Part shown: piece by piece, positions 28,775-36,932 of the stretch
Numbering within the stretch: the stretch's first letter is position 1
Layout: each line of letters starts with the position of its first letter
IMG/VR virus record: IMGVR_UViG_3300037852_000415
Span: 1 to 64,000 of that record
Reading direction: 5' to 3' (one strand)
Origin: a virus
Length of the DNA: 64,000 nt
The notes under the pieces: generated by a model
What the model was told of the DNA's origin: nothing
Seen by the model: the letters and a program-made list of their open reading frames with translations, nothing else
Databases searched by the model: none
Position numbers and translations under genes: made by a program

Positions 28775-31165
28775 GTGCGCCTAGCTCTCATAGCCGGCAT
28801 CGCCGCGGCTCTCGAAGAGCCCGGCATAAGCCAACAGCCGATAGCGCCCGACGTAGCCGTTGTCGTAGCGTCTGTCGGCGAAGACTTCGCCGGCTCGCTG
28901 GCCGCAGATGAAGCTCCCGGCGTCGTCGCTGTCGTCGTTGACATCGCGGCTGCTTACGCAACCGTACCGGAAGACTTCGCCGGCTCTCTACCTCGTGAAG
29001 AGCCCCCTGGCGCAACGGCGACAGTCGCCCCCGACGTACCGTCCGCGCCCACCGCGCCGGAGGACTTCGCCGGAAGCCTTCCCCTCGAAGAGCCGCCAAG
29101 CATCGCAGCACCGGCGAGCGCCGATGTCTCTTTCTTCAGCGTACCGCAGGCGCCCGAAGACTTCGCCGGCTCCTTGCCGCTCGAGGAGAACGGGTTCATC
29201 TCGCTGCCGCCGGCTGTCGACATCTTCGGCGCCCCGCCGCCGCAGCAAGAAGACTTCGTTGCGCCTGTTGCTGCCCTCGTCGCCGAAGACGTCTTCGCCG
29301 TCGCGCCAGCATCGCTCGACGTCGCATCGCCGCAACCGCCACAAGCTGAAGACTTCCCCGGCGCTGCCACGGGGCTCGAGGAGAATGCCTTCGTCGCTTT
29401 CACACCGGCTGTCGACATCTGGCTTACACCCTCTATCGATGAAGGCTTCTGGGGCGCGTACTCTTCTGAAGAGAACGGCTTCGTCTCGCCGCCTATCGGC
29501 GTGCAGCTCGACTTCACCATTGTCACGCCGTCTGTCGACGAGGGCTTCTGGGGCGCCTATTCGAGCGAAGAGCCCGCCGCGGCTACGGCAATCGTCGTAG
29601 ACGTCATCGTTGTCACGCCGAGCGGCGGCGAAGACTTCGGCGGCGCGCATCCGACAGAGGAGACGTCGCCGCTTCAAACAACTATCGCAGACATCTGGTA
29701 TCCGCAAGCGCCTGTCGCTGAAGACTTCGCGGGCAGTCTGCCGCTCGAGGAGTTGGGGAGTACGGCAATAGGCGCTGCCCCCGACGCGCCCACCGCCCTC
29801 AGCGCAGCGTCTGAAGAATTCGGTGGGGCGCACCCAACAGAAGAGCAGCCCGGTGCCGCCGCGCAAGTCGACTTCGTCTTCTTCGCTTCGCTACCGGCGC
29901 AGCGAGAAGACTTCGCCGGCAGCGCGGTGTTCGGGGGCGAAGAGACCTCTACCCCCGCCATCGCGCCCTTCATCGACATTCTTCCCGCGCTCCCGACGAT
30001 GTCGGAGGAGGTCTTTGCCGGAAGCGCGCCCTTCGGGGGCGAAGAGACTTCTACGCCTGCGATTGCGCCTTTCGTCGCCGACGCTCAACTGCCCGCGGCG
30101 CCCAGCGCCGAGGAGTTCGGCGGCGCTCACCCCACTGAGGAGCAGCCCGGCGCAGTAGTGATAGTAGACATCTTGCCGCTACTGCAAGCGGCACCGCAAC
30201 AGGAGGACTTCGCCGGAAGCCTTCCGTTTGAGGAGGCTACGTCGATACCGCCGCTCTCTGTAGAGGCGCCTTGGCTCGGTATCGCCGTAGGCGTTAGTGA
30301 AGACTTTGCGGGAAGCTTGCCGCAAGAGGAATCGACTAGCCCCACTGTCACCTACGTGCTTCTCGAGCCCCAATCGTCGCTAGCTGCGCCAGAAGACTTC
30401 GCCGGAAGCGCGCCTATCGAAGAGGTACACGGCGAACCTAACGCTCCTCTTTTCATTCAGCGCGTCGTACCCCCGTGGTTGACAATCAGCACCCCCGAGG
30501 AATCGCCGCCAACTCCGGTGACGCCCCCGACACCACCGTACGTGCCGGTGTACGTGCCGCCCGTGCCCCAAACAGGCGGAGGCGGGGGCGCTGGGGCGCT
30601 CGGCTTCGGGCCCCCGGCGGTGCCCGTAGCGCCGCAGTGTGACTACGCTCTCTTGCACGATCCGAATGCCGCCGAAGTGAAGGCGATTGCCGCAGGCGTC
30701 GTTGAACACTTCTTTGATCCCAAAGGGGGCTTCTCGCTCGTCATCACCGCAGACGACGGTACGCGCTACTTCTATGCGAAGCTCGGGTGCTACGTCGGGA
30801 AGTCGGGGCGGCGCGTGAAACCCGGTGAAGTCGTCGCCAAGATGAAAGGGCCGGCAGTGCCTACAGTGCAGCTGCCCCCCAAGCCGGCGGTCGGTTTGGA
30901 AGCTTTAGCGCTGCCTGAGGCGCCGAAGCCTACGGTGGTGGTGCCTATCTACGTAGCCCCCGCGCCTGCGCCTGCGCCTGTGCCCGCACCGATTCCGGCT
31001 CCTATGCCGCCTGCGCCATTGGCGAAGCCGCAGAGTATCGTGCCGGCGCTCATCATCACGGGGCTCGTGGCGACGGGCCTCGTGCTCGTAGTCGCGCTTG
31101 TACTCGACGACAAGCCTAAGCGTAAACGCGGCAAGAAGAAGCGAAGGCGCAGGCTAAGGCGTTAG
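28775..31165 (+). CDS. Acidic repeat protein with degenerate M23 domain, C-terminal TM and basic tail
   Basis: 17 E[DE]F[AG]G....EE-type repeats; VKAIAAGVV...GGFSLVI..DDG..YFYAKL; TM then KPKRKRGKKKRRRRLRR. Confidence 0.8.
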   Translation: MRLALIAGIAAALEEPGISQQPIAPDVAVVVASVGEDFAGSLAADEAPGVVAVVVDIAAAYATVPEDFAGSLPREEPPGATATVAPDVPSAPTAPEDFAGSLPLEEPPSIAAPASADVSFFSVPQAPEDFAGSLPLEENGFISLPPAVDIFGAPPPQQEDFVAPVAALVAEDVFAVAPASLDVASPQPPQAEDFPGAATGLEENAFVAFTPAVDIWLTPSIDEGFWGAYSSEENGFVSPPIGVQLDFTIVTPSVDEGFWGAYSSEEPAAATAIVVDVIVVTPSGGEDFGGAHPTEETSPLQTTIADIWYPQAPVAEDFAGSLPLEELGSTAIGAAPDAPTALSAASEEFGGAHPTEEQPGAAAQVDFVFFASLPAQREDFAGSAVFGGEETSTPAIAPFIDILPALPTMSEEVFAGSAPFGGEETSTPAIAPFVADAQLPAAPSAEEFGGAHPTEEQPGAVVIVDILPLLQAAPQQEDFAGSLPFEEATSIPPLSVEAPWLGIAVGVSEDFAGSLPQEESTSPTVTYVLLEPQSSLAAPEDFAGSAPIEEVHGEPNAPLFIQRVVPPWLTISTPEESPPTPVTPPTPPYVPVYVPPVPQTGGGGGAGALGFGPPAVPVAPQCDYALLHDPNAAEVKAIAAGVVEHFFDPKGGFSLVITADDGTRYFYAKLGCYVGKSGRRVKPGEVVAKMKGPAVPTVQLPPKPAVGLEALALPEAPKPTVVVPIYVAPAPAPAPVPAPIPAPMPPAPLAKPQSIVPALIITGLVATGLVLVVALVLDDKPKRKRGKKKRRRRLRR
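28877..30430 (+). repeat. 17 degenerate coding repeats of about 90-100 nt (core GAAGACTTCGCCGG)
   Basis: Counted in the translation. Confidence 0.85.
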
Positions 31166-31267
31166 GTAGTGCCCCAGCGCCCACGTGCCGTACGCGACTG
31201 CGGCGACAGCGAGCGCGAAGAGCAGGAGCTCGATGCTGATATGCAGCTTCGGCGACGAGGGCTTCAC
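31154..31267 (-). CDS. 37-aa membrane peptide
   Basis: Own translation MKPSSPKLHISIELLLFALAVAAVAYGTWALGHYLTP*. Confidence 0.5.
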   Translation of the reverse strand: MKPSSPKLHISIELLLFALAVAAVAYGTWALGHYLTP

Positions 31268-31818
31268 TAGATTGCGCCGTAGAGCAACGTATGGAGTGTG
31301 CCGGCAGTCGATTGAATCAGCCCGCTACCGACGCCGCCGGGCGCCGTGTTGCCCGGAATAGACGATACGTACATCGACACGACCTGGCTGAGCGAGTCGG
31401 TAATCTGCTCGGAGCCGTTGGCAATCCACACGACCCAGAACGGAGCATCTGCGGGAGGAACGGGAAATCCCATCGAGGCGGGCAGCGCGGGGCCGGCCTG
31501 ACCGTTGGTGATAAGCCCCGCCAGCGCGGTGGCCTGCGCCTGCGTCTGCACCTCGGCGATGTACATATACCCGGCTTGCGTCGAGTGGTAGGTGCCGGAG
31601 GCGTCGGGAGTCACCTTGGTCCACGTGAGGCCCGGGAATGGATTGGGGGGCGGGGGCTGAGGAGTCGGAGGCGGAGGCGTAGGAGGTGTCGGCGCCGGAT
31701 TGGGGCTCGGCGTCGAGCCCTTCGAGCCCCCGGCGAGCGCGACGCCGCCAATCAGCGCCGCTGCCGCCGCGAGCCCGCCGGCAACCCACCACACACGCGG
31801 ATCTGTCTTCTTCGCCAT
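31267..31818 (-). CDS. N-terminally anchored membrane protein with Pro-rich linker
   Basis: WWVAGGLAAAAALIGGVALA TM. Confidence 0.7.
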   Translation of the reverse strand: MAKKTDPRVWWVAGGLAAAAALIGGVALAGGSKGSTPSPNPAPTPPTPPPPTPQPPPPNPFPGLTWTKVTPDASGTYHSTQAGYMYIAEVQTQAQATALAGLITNGQAGPALPASMGFPVPPADAPFWVVWIANGSEQITDSLSQVVSMYVSSIPGNTAPGGVGSGLIQSTAGTLHTLLYGAI

Positions 31819-31832
31819 CGTCTTCTAGCCTC

Positions 31833-32273
31833 CTAGGCCTTTTGCGTAATCCACCACGCAGCCGCGAGCGATGCGGCTACGATTGTCATTGCGACGAGCA
31901 CGCCGCCGGCTGTCGGCTTCTGCAATCCAATTCCTGGTACCGCCGCCGGCCCGTAAGGGCGTAGGTACTGGGTGTAGGCGCCGGAGTTGAACGTGCTCCA
32001 GGGAGCCCAGTTTCGCCCCCCGCTGCTGATGGCGAGTGCCGCCAGCGCGTTGTACGCCGGGTCGAAGAGGGAAGCCCTGTTGTACGAGGGGTGCGCCTTC
32101 AAGTTCACCTGCCAGAGGCCGATGCTGCCCCCCGGCGTAATCTGTAGGTCGCCGACGGCGTTGGGGTTGCCCCCAGACTCCGCCATCGCCACCGCCGCCG
32201 CTGTCGGCACGGCGCTCACCGGGAATCCCGCCGCCGCCGCGATGCCCTGTAGCTGTGCAATACTGAACGCCAC
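31833..32273 (-). CDS. Membrane-anchored lytic transglycosylase (SLT-like), candidate virion entry enzyme
   Basis: AMAESGGNPNA, SIGLWQVN, LFDPAYNA, WAPWST; C-terminal TM; GTG start after TGcTAATCT. Confidence 0.85.
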   Translation of the reverse strand: MAFSIAQLQGIAAAAGFPVSAVPTAAAVAMAESGGNPNAVGDLQITPGGSIGLWQVNLKAHPSYNRASLFDPAYNALAALAISSGGRNWAPWSTFNSGAYTQYLRPYGPAAVPGIGLQKPTAGGVLVAMTIVAASLAAAWWITQKA

Positions 32274-32321
32274 GGCTTTCGACAGATTAGCATGTAGCGT
32301 CGCGGTGGTATACTGAGCCTC

Positions 32322-32960
32322 ATGGTTGTACAGCAAGCGCGCGCAGGCGCATGGGGCTGCGACACCGACACGAAGCTGACAGCCACCAGCGCCGCGGCGC
32401 TCTGCAAGGCGGGCATCGTCTTCTGCATCAGGTACCTCAGCCTAGGTAGCGAGAATCCCGGCGACTTGAATCAAGCCGAAGTAGCTGCGGTTCTGGGCGC
32501 CGGGCTGGCACTCATGGCCGTCCAACACGTGCGGGAGCCGGGGTGGCTGCCCAGCCTCGCGCAAGGCGCGTCTGACGGCTCCCACGCGGCAGGAAACGCC
32601 GTCGCCGCCGGCATGCCCGCCGGAGCCACCGTTTGGCTAGATCTAGAGGGGGTATCGACTGCCGCGCCCGCTGACGTCGTCATCGCCTACTGCAACGCCT
32701 GGAATTCCGCAGTAGCCCAAGATGGCTACGACACCGGGCTCTACGTAGGTGCGATGCAACCCCTCGACGAGAATCAGCTTTTTAGTCTCAATGTGCAGCG
32801 CTATTGGCGTAGCCAATCGCTGGTGCCCAACGTGGCGCGCCGGGGGTACTGCATGTACCAGGCGTACCCCTCGCAGACGCTGGCGGGCATCAGCGTCGAC
32901 TTCAACATGGTGTCGGAAGACGCCCTGGGCGGGCTTCCCCGCTGGGCAATCGCTGCTTGA
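32322..32960 (+). CDS. DUF1906/GH25-like glycoside hydrolase, candidate endolysin
   Basis: GCDT...FCIRYL...GATVWLDLE...GLYVG...VDFN. Confidence 0.8.
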   Translation: MVVQQARAGAWGCDTDTKLTATSAAALCKAGIVFCIRYLSLGSENPGDLNQAEVAAVLGAGLALMAVQHVREPGWLPSLAQGASDGSHAAGNAVAAGMPAGATVWLDLEGVSTAAPADVVIAYCNAWNSAVAQDGYDTGLYVGAMQPLDENQLFSLNVQRYWRSQSLVPNVARRGYCMYQAYPSQTLAGISVDFNMVSEDALGGLPRWAIAA

Positions 32961-32982
32961 AGCCGCCGCTACCGCATATCTC

Positions 32983-33010
32983 TTGACGCGCCAGGCAAGC
33001 CTGCTAGCCT
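32983..33010 (+). promoter_or_regulatory. Sigma70-like promoter with extended -10
   Basis: TTGACG-16 nt-(TGc)TAGCCT. Confidence 0.5.
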
Positions 33011-33015
33011 CCTAG

Positions 33016-33097
33016 TGATTCCTCGCTCCCCCAGCGAGGCTTCCACCTGCACGGCTCCGGCCCCCGGCGATTCTCCTCCCCGGGGGCCGTAGTTTTT
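33016..33097 (+). ncRNA. Candidate sRNA of about 80 nt with two C-rich-loop hairpins
   Basis: CCTCGCT-ccccc-AGCGAGG and CGGCCCCCGG-cgattctcctcc-CCGGGGGCCG between a promoter and a U-tract. Confidence 0.5.
33058..33097 (+). terminator. Intrinsic terminator
   Basis: 10-bp GC stem followed by TAGTTTTT. Confidence 0.65.
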
Positions 33098-33220
33098 CTG
33101 GCGCAGGCACTTGCGCGGCTTCATCGCCGGGCTTATGTCTATCCGGCGCGGTTGATTCCGCGTAGAGGCGCTGTCGGTTACACCCACCGCGTCTCTTTGC
33201 TAGGTGGAAGGTGGAACGAG

Positions 33221-34021
33221 ATGGCGCTACCCGCCAGTGCGCTCGAGAAGTCGCAGTATCTCCGACTCCTGCTCATGGGCCAGGCGAAAGTCGGCAAAAC
33301 CAGTACATGTGTGGCCACCTCACCCGGGCCCGTTAGGGTACTGCTCGCCGAAGATGACTCCGCACTGCTCTACGCGAAAGAGTTGACCGACGATTTCTCT
33401 TTCGATCGCATCAAGGGGTGGAATTCGATGCAGCAGGCACTGACGGAGGCGAAGCAAGACGCCGCCGCCGGGAAGTTGAAGACTGTTATCGTCGATCCGC
33501 TGTCCGATTTCGCGTATAGGCTCGAGGAGGAGTGCCTGGCGCTCACCGATAGCGGTAGCGGCCCCGACGGGCGTAGGGCGTACCCTGAGTACAATAAGCG
33601 GCTACGGCACATGCTCGAAAGACTCTTCATGCTCCCGTGCCACGTAGTGGTTATCACGCACTACATCGAGACGGGCGGCGAAGTCTCCGATACCCAAACG
33701 CAGAAGACTGGCGAAGGTATCGTTCCGCTCCTCGCCGGCAAAGCAAGAGCGCTCGTCGCCGCGAAGTTCGCCGACGTCGTGTGGATGGAGATGAGAAAGG
33801 GCGAGCGCATCTTCGTCACCGGCCCCGAAGGTCGCTGGGGCCCCGGCTGCCGCAACATCGACGGCACCAAGATTCTTCCGGCCGACATCGGCCAGCTTCT
33901 GAAAGCTTTCAAAAATCGCGGTAAAGATCTTCGGGCACCGGAAGCAGGCTCGCCTGCTAACGGCGCTACGCAAACGCCACGTCGCGCCGAGAGCGCGCCG
34001 CAAAGACAGGTGAGACGATGA
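33221..34021 (+). CDS. Sak4-like / AAA_24 ATPase (recombinase)
   Basis: LLMGQAKVGKT, TVIVDPLS, HVVVITH; near SSB-like gene. Confidence 0.8.
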   Translation: MALPASALEKSQYLRLLLMGQAKVGKTSTCVATSPGPVRVLLAEDDSALLYAKELTDDFSFDRIKGWNSMQQALTEAKQDAAAGKLKTVIVDPLSDFAYRLEEECLALTDSGSGPDGRRAYPEYNKRLRHMLERLFMLPCHVVVITHYIETGGEVSDTQTQKTGEGIVPLLAGKARALVAAKFADVVWMEMRKGERIFVTGPEGRWGPGCRNIDGTKILPADIGQLLKAFKNRGKDLRAPEAGSPANGATQTPRRAESAPQRQVRR

Positions 34022-34047
34022 AGAAAAGACAGGTGAGACGATGAAGA
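34002..34047 (+). repeat. Perfect 23-bp tandem duplication
   Basis: AAAGACAGGTGAGACGATGAAGA x2. Confidence 0.95.
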
Positions 34048-34397
34048 AGCGTACTAAGAAGTGTCCTGCGCCCTCGGCAATAGTGATGGCGGGAGTTATC
34101 CCTCGGTACCAAGAAGATGACGTGGCCTTCGTGATGCAGGAGCTGCCGAAATACGAGCCGTGCTCTATAGGCGGTTTCACTGAGGCCATAGGGGCCAACG
34201 TGCGATGGACATGCCCGTCCGGTACGATGCCCTCCAAAGAGTACAACCGTATGTACGCAGCTTTCCTCGATGCCCAGCGTCGAGGTCTTATCATCAAGCC
34301 GGCCGGTAGAAGTAGCTGGCGAGTCTTAGGCGGAAGTAGGGGCGAAGGTACTAGATGGGCGCCTACAGCCCCGACTGAGTGGGCCCCGAAATCGTAG
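34041..34397 (+). CDS. Hypothetical protein
   Basis: AGGTGAG RBS before ATG. Confidence 0.5.
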   Translation: MKKRTKKCPAPSAIVMAGVIPRYQEDDVAFVMQELPKYEPCSIGGFTEAIGANVRWTCPSGTMPSKEYNRMYAAFLDAQRRGLIIKPAGRSSWRVLGGSRGEGTRWAPTAPTEWAPKS

Positions 34398-34441
34398 CTT
34401 TTTTTCGTTTCGTGAACCAGCAACAGGAAGGAAGCCTAACA

Positions 34442-35035
34442 ATGGCCTCTACTCAGAATCACACCAACAGTAACGGCAAGGGCGCCTACGACTTCAAGCC
34501 CGTCGACTTCGACAAGACCATCGAGCCCGATGCGGCCCCCGGGCAGTACAAGGCGACTCTCGAGGACGTCAAGGTGTCCAAGACGAGCCGCGATGAGTAC
34601 CCGATGCTCATCCTCGAGTGGCAGCTCACCGAATCGCTCGGTGACAGCCCCGAACAGGAGAAGAGCGTCGGCGCGACGGTCACCGGCTTCCTCGTCTTCC
34701 CCCCGAACCAGGCGAAGGGCGCCTCGCTTCAGAAGCGCACCTACGCGCAGCTCTGCGAGCTGATCGGTGTCGACACGGACCTCGTGCCGACGCGCCTCAC
34801 GTCGAAGGCGGACTTCCTCGACTTCATCAAGGAAGTGAAGGGCGGAAGCGCCGAGATCTGGGTCTCCCACCGAGCCGACAAGTCGACCGGCGAGATGCGC
34901 ATCAACGTCAACTACACCGCGCCGCGCGGTGCGATGGCGCCGATGCCTTCTGGCTCGGAAGACGAGCCGGAGGAGGCGCACAACCGCTCGCGTTCGCGTA
35001 GCGGTGGCGCTAAGGGGCGTTCGGCGCGCCGCTAG
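34442..35035 (+). CDS. DUF669-like single-stranded DNA-binding protein
   Basis: PGQYKATLEDV..SK....PMLILEW OB-fold pattern; follows Sak4; strong codon bias. Confidence 0.7.
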   Translation: MASTQNHTNSNGKGAYDFKPVDFDKTIEPDAAPGQYKATLEDVKVSKTSRDEYPMLILEWQLTESLGDSPEQEKSVGATVTGFLVFPPNQAKGASLQKRTYAQLCELIGVDTDLVPTRLTSKADFLDFIKEVKGGSAEIWVSHRADKSTGEMRINVNYTAPRGAMAPMPSGSEDEPEEAHNRSRSRSGGAKGRSARR

Positions 35036-35049
35036 TCGGCGCCAAAGAC

Positions 35050-35124
35050 TTAGCGGCCCACGGTAGGTGCGGAAACACCATAAAGCTGTCGGACCTCCTG
35101 CCGACAGTCACCGTGGGCCGCTGA
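35050..35124 (+). ncRNA. Candidate structured RNA (three-way junction)
   Basis: 13-bp stem AGCGGCCCACGGT/ACCGTGGGCCGCT enclosing two hairpins. Confidence 0.5.
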
Positions 35125-35227
35125 GGCTACTTCGGGGCGTCTTGGCGAAGTGGCGGAGACGTATCGGGGCGATGGGCCCCGTGTACGTTGCGCTTACTGT
35201 AGGTTCGATTCCTACCCGCTCCACCAG

Positions 35228-35440
35228 ATGAAAAGCAAAGACGAGACACTGTCTATCGATAACTGCCGCTGCACGAAGGAGACTTCGTTCGCGATTCTCG
35301 TACTCAGCGACTTCTTCGACAAGGGCGAGGAGTGGATTCCGCAGAGCCAGATTCACGACGACAGCGAGGTGTACCGCGAAGGCACCGAGGGCACTCTAGT
35401 GGTGTCGGCGTGGCTTGCGCAAAAGCGAGGATGGCTATGA
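35228..35440 (+). CDS. Small conserved-type phage protein
   Basis: WIPQSQI...WLAQKRG motif. Confidence 0.6.
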   Translation: MKSKDETLSIDNCRCTKETSFAILVLSDFFDKGEEWIPQSQIHDDSEVYREGTEGTLVVSAWLAQKRGWL

Positions 35441-35636
35441 GCGACGGGATGTCTGACGCCAACGCCGTGGGCGCCTTGGCCGGTAAGCTGAGAAATGCTG
35501 CTTACGAACTGCGTGATGCTATCAAGGCCGCGCGTGATGGGCGCCGGGGACTTTCGGTGGCGGTGCTGGCAGAAGTCAACGAAGTGCTCGACGGCTCCGG
35601 CTACCATCTCGCCGTGACGTGGGAGGAGCGCCCCCA

Positions 35637-36047
35637 ATGAAGCGTCGCGTCTACGTAGCCGGAGCCTTCGCCGAGATGCGACGCGCCAAAACGGCGATGC
35701 GCATCGTTCAAGAGCTCGGCTACCACCTCAATCTCGACTGGACGGCATCGATAGACGCCGTCGCTGGCGTCGCTGATAGAGACCTGCCCGCCGAAGCCGC
35801 CCGGCGCTACGCCGACGGTGACATCAACGGCGTCCTCGGGTGCGACGTCTTCTGGTTTCTAGTGCCACCCGACGGCAAGGGCCGCGGCGCCTGGGTGGAG
35901 CTCGGGGCCGCCATCGCTTCGCCGCGATGCCAGATCATCGCGAGCGGCGACGCGAAGAGCTCCATCTTTCTCACGTTGGTAGATAAGCTATTCGCCACCG
36001 ACGAAGAGGCGGCGGCGTGGCTAAAGGAGACGAAGCGCGATGGCTAA
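35637..36047 (+). CDS. Nucleoside 2-deoxyribosyltransferase-like protein
   Basis: VYVAG...DINGVLGCD...GAWVELGAA. Confidence 0.75.
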   Translation: MKRRVYVAGAFAEMRRAKTAMRIVQELGYHLNLDWTASIDAVAGVADRDLPAEAARRYADGDINGVLGCDVFWFLVPPDGKGRGAWVELGAAIASPRCQIIASGDAKSSIFLTLVDKLFATDEEAAAWLKETKRDG

Positions 36048-36322
36048 AGTACGTAAACACGTGCGCAAGCCGATAAGACGGCATCATCGCTGCGAGCCGC
36101 GAGAGAGCGAGCTGACAATCTGCATACCATGCAAGATGGGCACACATCAAGCGCTGGCGACTATGACCGCCGTCGATGGCGGGCTGTACTTTCGCGTCGT
36201 GGACGTGCAGGGTTCATGCGGAGCTACGGAGTACATCAGCATCAACGGCCTCGAGCTGCATACCGCGCTTCATGCGCTCGGCTTCGTGCGCCTCAACGAC
36301 AGAGACGGGTGGGGCTGAGACT

Positions 36323-36676
36323 ATGCGCGTTCTCGTCTGCGGCGGGCGCGACTACGAAGACTGCTTCGCCGTCTTCAAGACGCTTGACGACTTCCACAAG
36401 AAGGAGGCGCGCATTATTTGGCTCATCAACGGCGGCGCAAGTGGCGCCGACGAGTTCGCTCGTCAGTGGGCCGAAAGCAATTCCGTGCCTGTCACCGTCT
36501 TCAAGCCCGACTGGAAGCTATACGGCAGATCCGCGGGGCCGAAGAAGAATGGCGAGATGCTCTACAAAGGGCGCCCCGATATCGTCCTCGCCTTCCCCGG
36601 GGGCGCCGGCACGCGCAACATGATGCGCCAGGCCGAACTATTCGGCGTCGCGACGCGTCGCTGTGGTAGACTCTAG
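36323..36676 (+). CDS. SLOG family (YspA/DUF2493) protein
   Basis: MRVLVCGGRDY, GGASGAD, AGPKKN, AFPGGAGT. Confidence 0.85.
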   Translation: MRVLVCGGRDYEDCFAVFKTLDDFHKKEARIIWLINGGASGADEFARQWAESNSVPVTVFKPDWKLYGRSAGPKKNGEMLYKGRPDIVLAFPGGAGTRNMMRQAELFGVATRRCGRL

Positions 36677-36932
36677 CTTCCGATGTTTGGTGACGTGATG
36701 GGGGAAGTGCTCGAGGAGTTTGCCGAGGCGCAGCAGAGAGTACCCCTGCGCTTCCTCACCGCCGGTATGCGGCGACGCGGCGAGCCCGAGGCAGAGTTGG
36801 CTAAGCTAAAGGCATGGGCGCGTGATAACCCCGAGAGGGCGCGCGCATCTGTACGTGCGTGGCAGCACGCCAATCGCGCACGGTGCACGGAGATGAAGCG
36901 GTTGTGGCGCGCTAGGCAGAAGGCGCTCGGCG

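Noticed and set aside
28877-30430. CRISPR array or multi-core RiPP precursor
   Set aside because: Repeats are conserved at the protein level with synonymous variation; no RiPP maturases nearby; the protein ends in M23 plus TM
33016-35124. tRNA or hammerhead ribozyme in the structured intergenic elements
   Set aside because: No cloverleaf or TTC T-loop; no CUGAxGA core
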